DNA of 63,534 nt, filler included, from Octopus bimaculoides (lineage: Eukaryota): the NCBI RefSeq assembly GCF_001194135.2. It is 5 parts of 4 records of this genome, joined end to end, with 100 filler letters (N's around TTAATTAATTAA, not from the genome) between each part and the next. Parts side by side here need not be neighbours in the genome. Positions count along the whole stretch, not along the records: positions 50,532 to 63,534 come from NC_068986.1; 4 more parts are not named here. One strand, written 5' to 3'. Both the position numbers and the translations under genes were made by a program. The first letter of the stretch is position 1, and each line of letters opens with the position of its first letter. Of this stretch, positions 61,169 to 63,534 are shown one piece after another. Under the pieces are notes generated by a model. The model was not told the origin of the DNA. It ran no database searches and saw only the letters and a program-made list of their open reading frames with translations.

Positions 61169-63503
61169 ACTATCAAAACGAATAACATGTAATTTTAATT
61201 CTAGAACAGGAAACCGGAGATATAAATAAACAATTGAAGAATACCTTGTTTGCGTGTATTTTCACATGCTCGCACATCACCATACTGGCATGCGACAGAT
61301 ATAAAAGGATAGAGAATGAAGTGCAAAATTCAATAATTAGTAGTGTTTTTTTTTGTTGTTGATAGTAGGATATATTTCTTTATATGTGAACAACCTCATT
61401 CATTCTGAAGTTCCCAATATTCTGTCAACTTCTAATATCAAGACATGGTCAACCAAGAGCAAAAGTAGCAGACACGCGACCAGGATGCGGGTGAGGTGAC
61501 CAACAGTGGAAGTAAATGGTAGCGGATCAGATTTTTTGATCTCACAGCTTCTCACATAAATCCGCGCACACGCATGCATCAAGAGAATTTACATATGACT
61601 GGTCGAGACTCACTTTAAAATTTGCTTTTAGTAATATGTCCATACATCTCCGAGAAGTGAAAGAAAATTTTCTACAAGTCTCTCCAAACACTTTTTTGTT
61701 TTCTGAAACAGACAGGTTCAGTATCCTTTAAAATCAAATGCTTAATTCTTGGTCTTGTCACATTCTCATGTATTTCATTGTTTTCGTTCAAATTTACACT
61801 GCAAACTTGAAATTGTTGATATTATTCCATGATGATGATAACAGATGAAATGAATACCTATTTTGTCTGATTACCTAACAATAAATTGTTTAACGAATTC
61901 TCAAAGAGAAAACGAAGGCAAACGTGGAACAAAGTCAATATGATACAATACCATTTTTAATTTTCATTTCAAAAATACTTAATGAGTATATACGTATGTA
62001 CGCACGTATGTATGTATGTATGTATGTATGTATGTATGTATGTATGTATGTATGTATGAATGTATGTATGTATGTATGTATGTATGTATCGTGTCTGTGT
62101 ATATATATGTATATATGTATATATATATATANNNNNNNNNNNNNNNNNNNNNNNNNNNNNNNNNNNNNNNNNNNNNNNNNNNNNNNNNNNNNNNNNNNNN
62201 NNNNNNNNNNNNNNNNNNNNNNNNNNNNNNNNNNNNNNNNNNNNNNNNNNNNNNNNNNNNNNNNNNNNNNNNNNNNNNNNNNNNNNNNNNNNNNNNNNNN
62301 NNNNNNNNNNNNNNNNNNNNNNNNNNNNNNNNNNNNNNNNNNNNNNNNNNNNNNNNNNNNNNNNNNNNNNNNNNNNNNNNNNNNNNNNNNNNNNNNNNNN
62401 NNNNNNNNNNNNNNNNNNNNNNNNNNNNNNNNNNNNNNNNNNNNNNNNNNNNNNNNNNNNNNNNNNNNNNNNNNNNNNNNNNNNNNNNNNNNNNNNNNNN
62501 NNNNNNNNNNNNNNNNNNNNNNNNNNNNNNNNNNNNNNNNNNNNNNNNNNNNNNNNNNNNNNNNNNNNNNNNNNNNNNNNNNNNNNNNNNNNNNNNNNNN
62601 NNNNNNNNNNNNNNNNNNNNNNNNNNNNNNNNNNNNNNNNNNNNNNNNNNNNNNNNNNNNNNNNNNNNNNNNNNNNNNNNNNNNNNNNNNNNNNNNNNNN
62701 NNNNNNNNNNNNNNNNNNNNNNNNNNNNNNNNNNNNNNNNNNNNNNNNNNNNNNNNNNNNNNNNNNNNNNNNNNNNNGGGCAGGGAATCGTCAATTAGTA
62801 ATAAAATTAATAATTAACAATTTTGCCAAGTAGTTCAGTATGAAAATACATTTATCGGTAAAACCATTTATAATCATAAATATACAGGGATTAGCAGGAG
62901 TTGCTTCTCCAGCATACTGAAAATTTAGAAATAGCAGTCAAAGAGCTACTGATTCCAAACTACAAATTTTTTTTTTCTCTAACGGATGGCGATATTTATG
63001 GCACACACAGAACAAAAAACAGAAGAGAAAAGCAAAAACAAACCTGCCTTTAGTTAATTGAGTACGACGTTTCACGGTTAAGAGTATGAAGTTACTCTAT
63101 TCCGATCTTCAGCCCAATATTCGAAGTTTTTGAACGCACAATATTGCGTTATTAGCCTTGAGAGATTCTATCAATTAGGCGGTTGGTGCAGGCATCCATA
63201 ACAGACAATTCTTGTCTGCTACAATTTGTTTAAGCTTTTATGCACCACAGATGTATATGAGAGGATCCCTCGAAGTTAATAACACAGATTGAGATGTATG
63301 AACAGGACATCTGCAGTAAGTTGAATACAAAATTGCCCTTTAATACTACTACAACTTACGTCGCTAATAATTAATATATACATACACATATACGTGCGCG
63401 CACACATACTCACACACACATACATACATAATACACACATGCACACACACAAGCACGCACACACATCTATATATATATACACAGAAACACAAGTGCATAT
63501 ACG

Positions 63504-63534
<31 letters not shown>

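Overview
This is a gappy, microsatellite-saturated animal draft-genome window. I infer an octopus/cephalopod source from the style of the SINE families and the repeat density, but cannot prove it here. I found no confidently supportable host protein-coding gene; nearly all long ORFs in the track are artefacts of N runs or simple repeats. The window is a transposon graveyard. It holds a near-complete decayed Penelope-like element (PLE; RT plus C-terminal GIY-YIG) at 11.1-13.5 kb inside a ~550-bp inverted repeat, three further PLE fragments, an R4/Dong-like LINE with twin-priming geometry, and two Helitron pieces. It also holds three different ITm transposons (DD37D maT, DD34D mariner, DD34E Tc1), a hAT MITE, a foldback MITE, many tRNA-derived SINEs of at least three families, and three candidate minimal hammerhead ribozymes. 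The most unusual structures are: (i) the PLE inverted repeat, which has copied its junction with an unrelated LINE; (ii) a ~1.15-kb segment with 137-bp terminal direct repeats, a 10-12-bp flanking duplication and an internal hammerhead motif (retrozyme/circular-template-like); (iii) a long near-perfect foldback at 43.6-43.9 kb. Four N44-TTAATTAATTAA-N44 cassettes are artificial scaffold joins. All identities are by-eye estimates.
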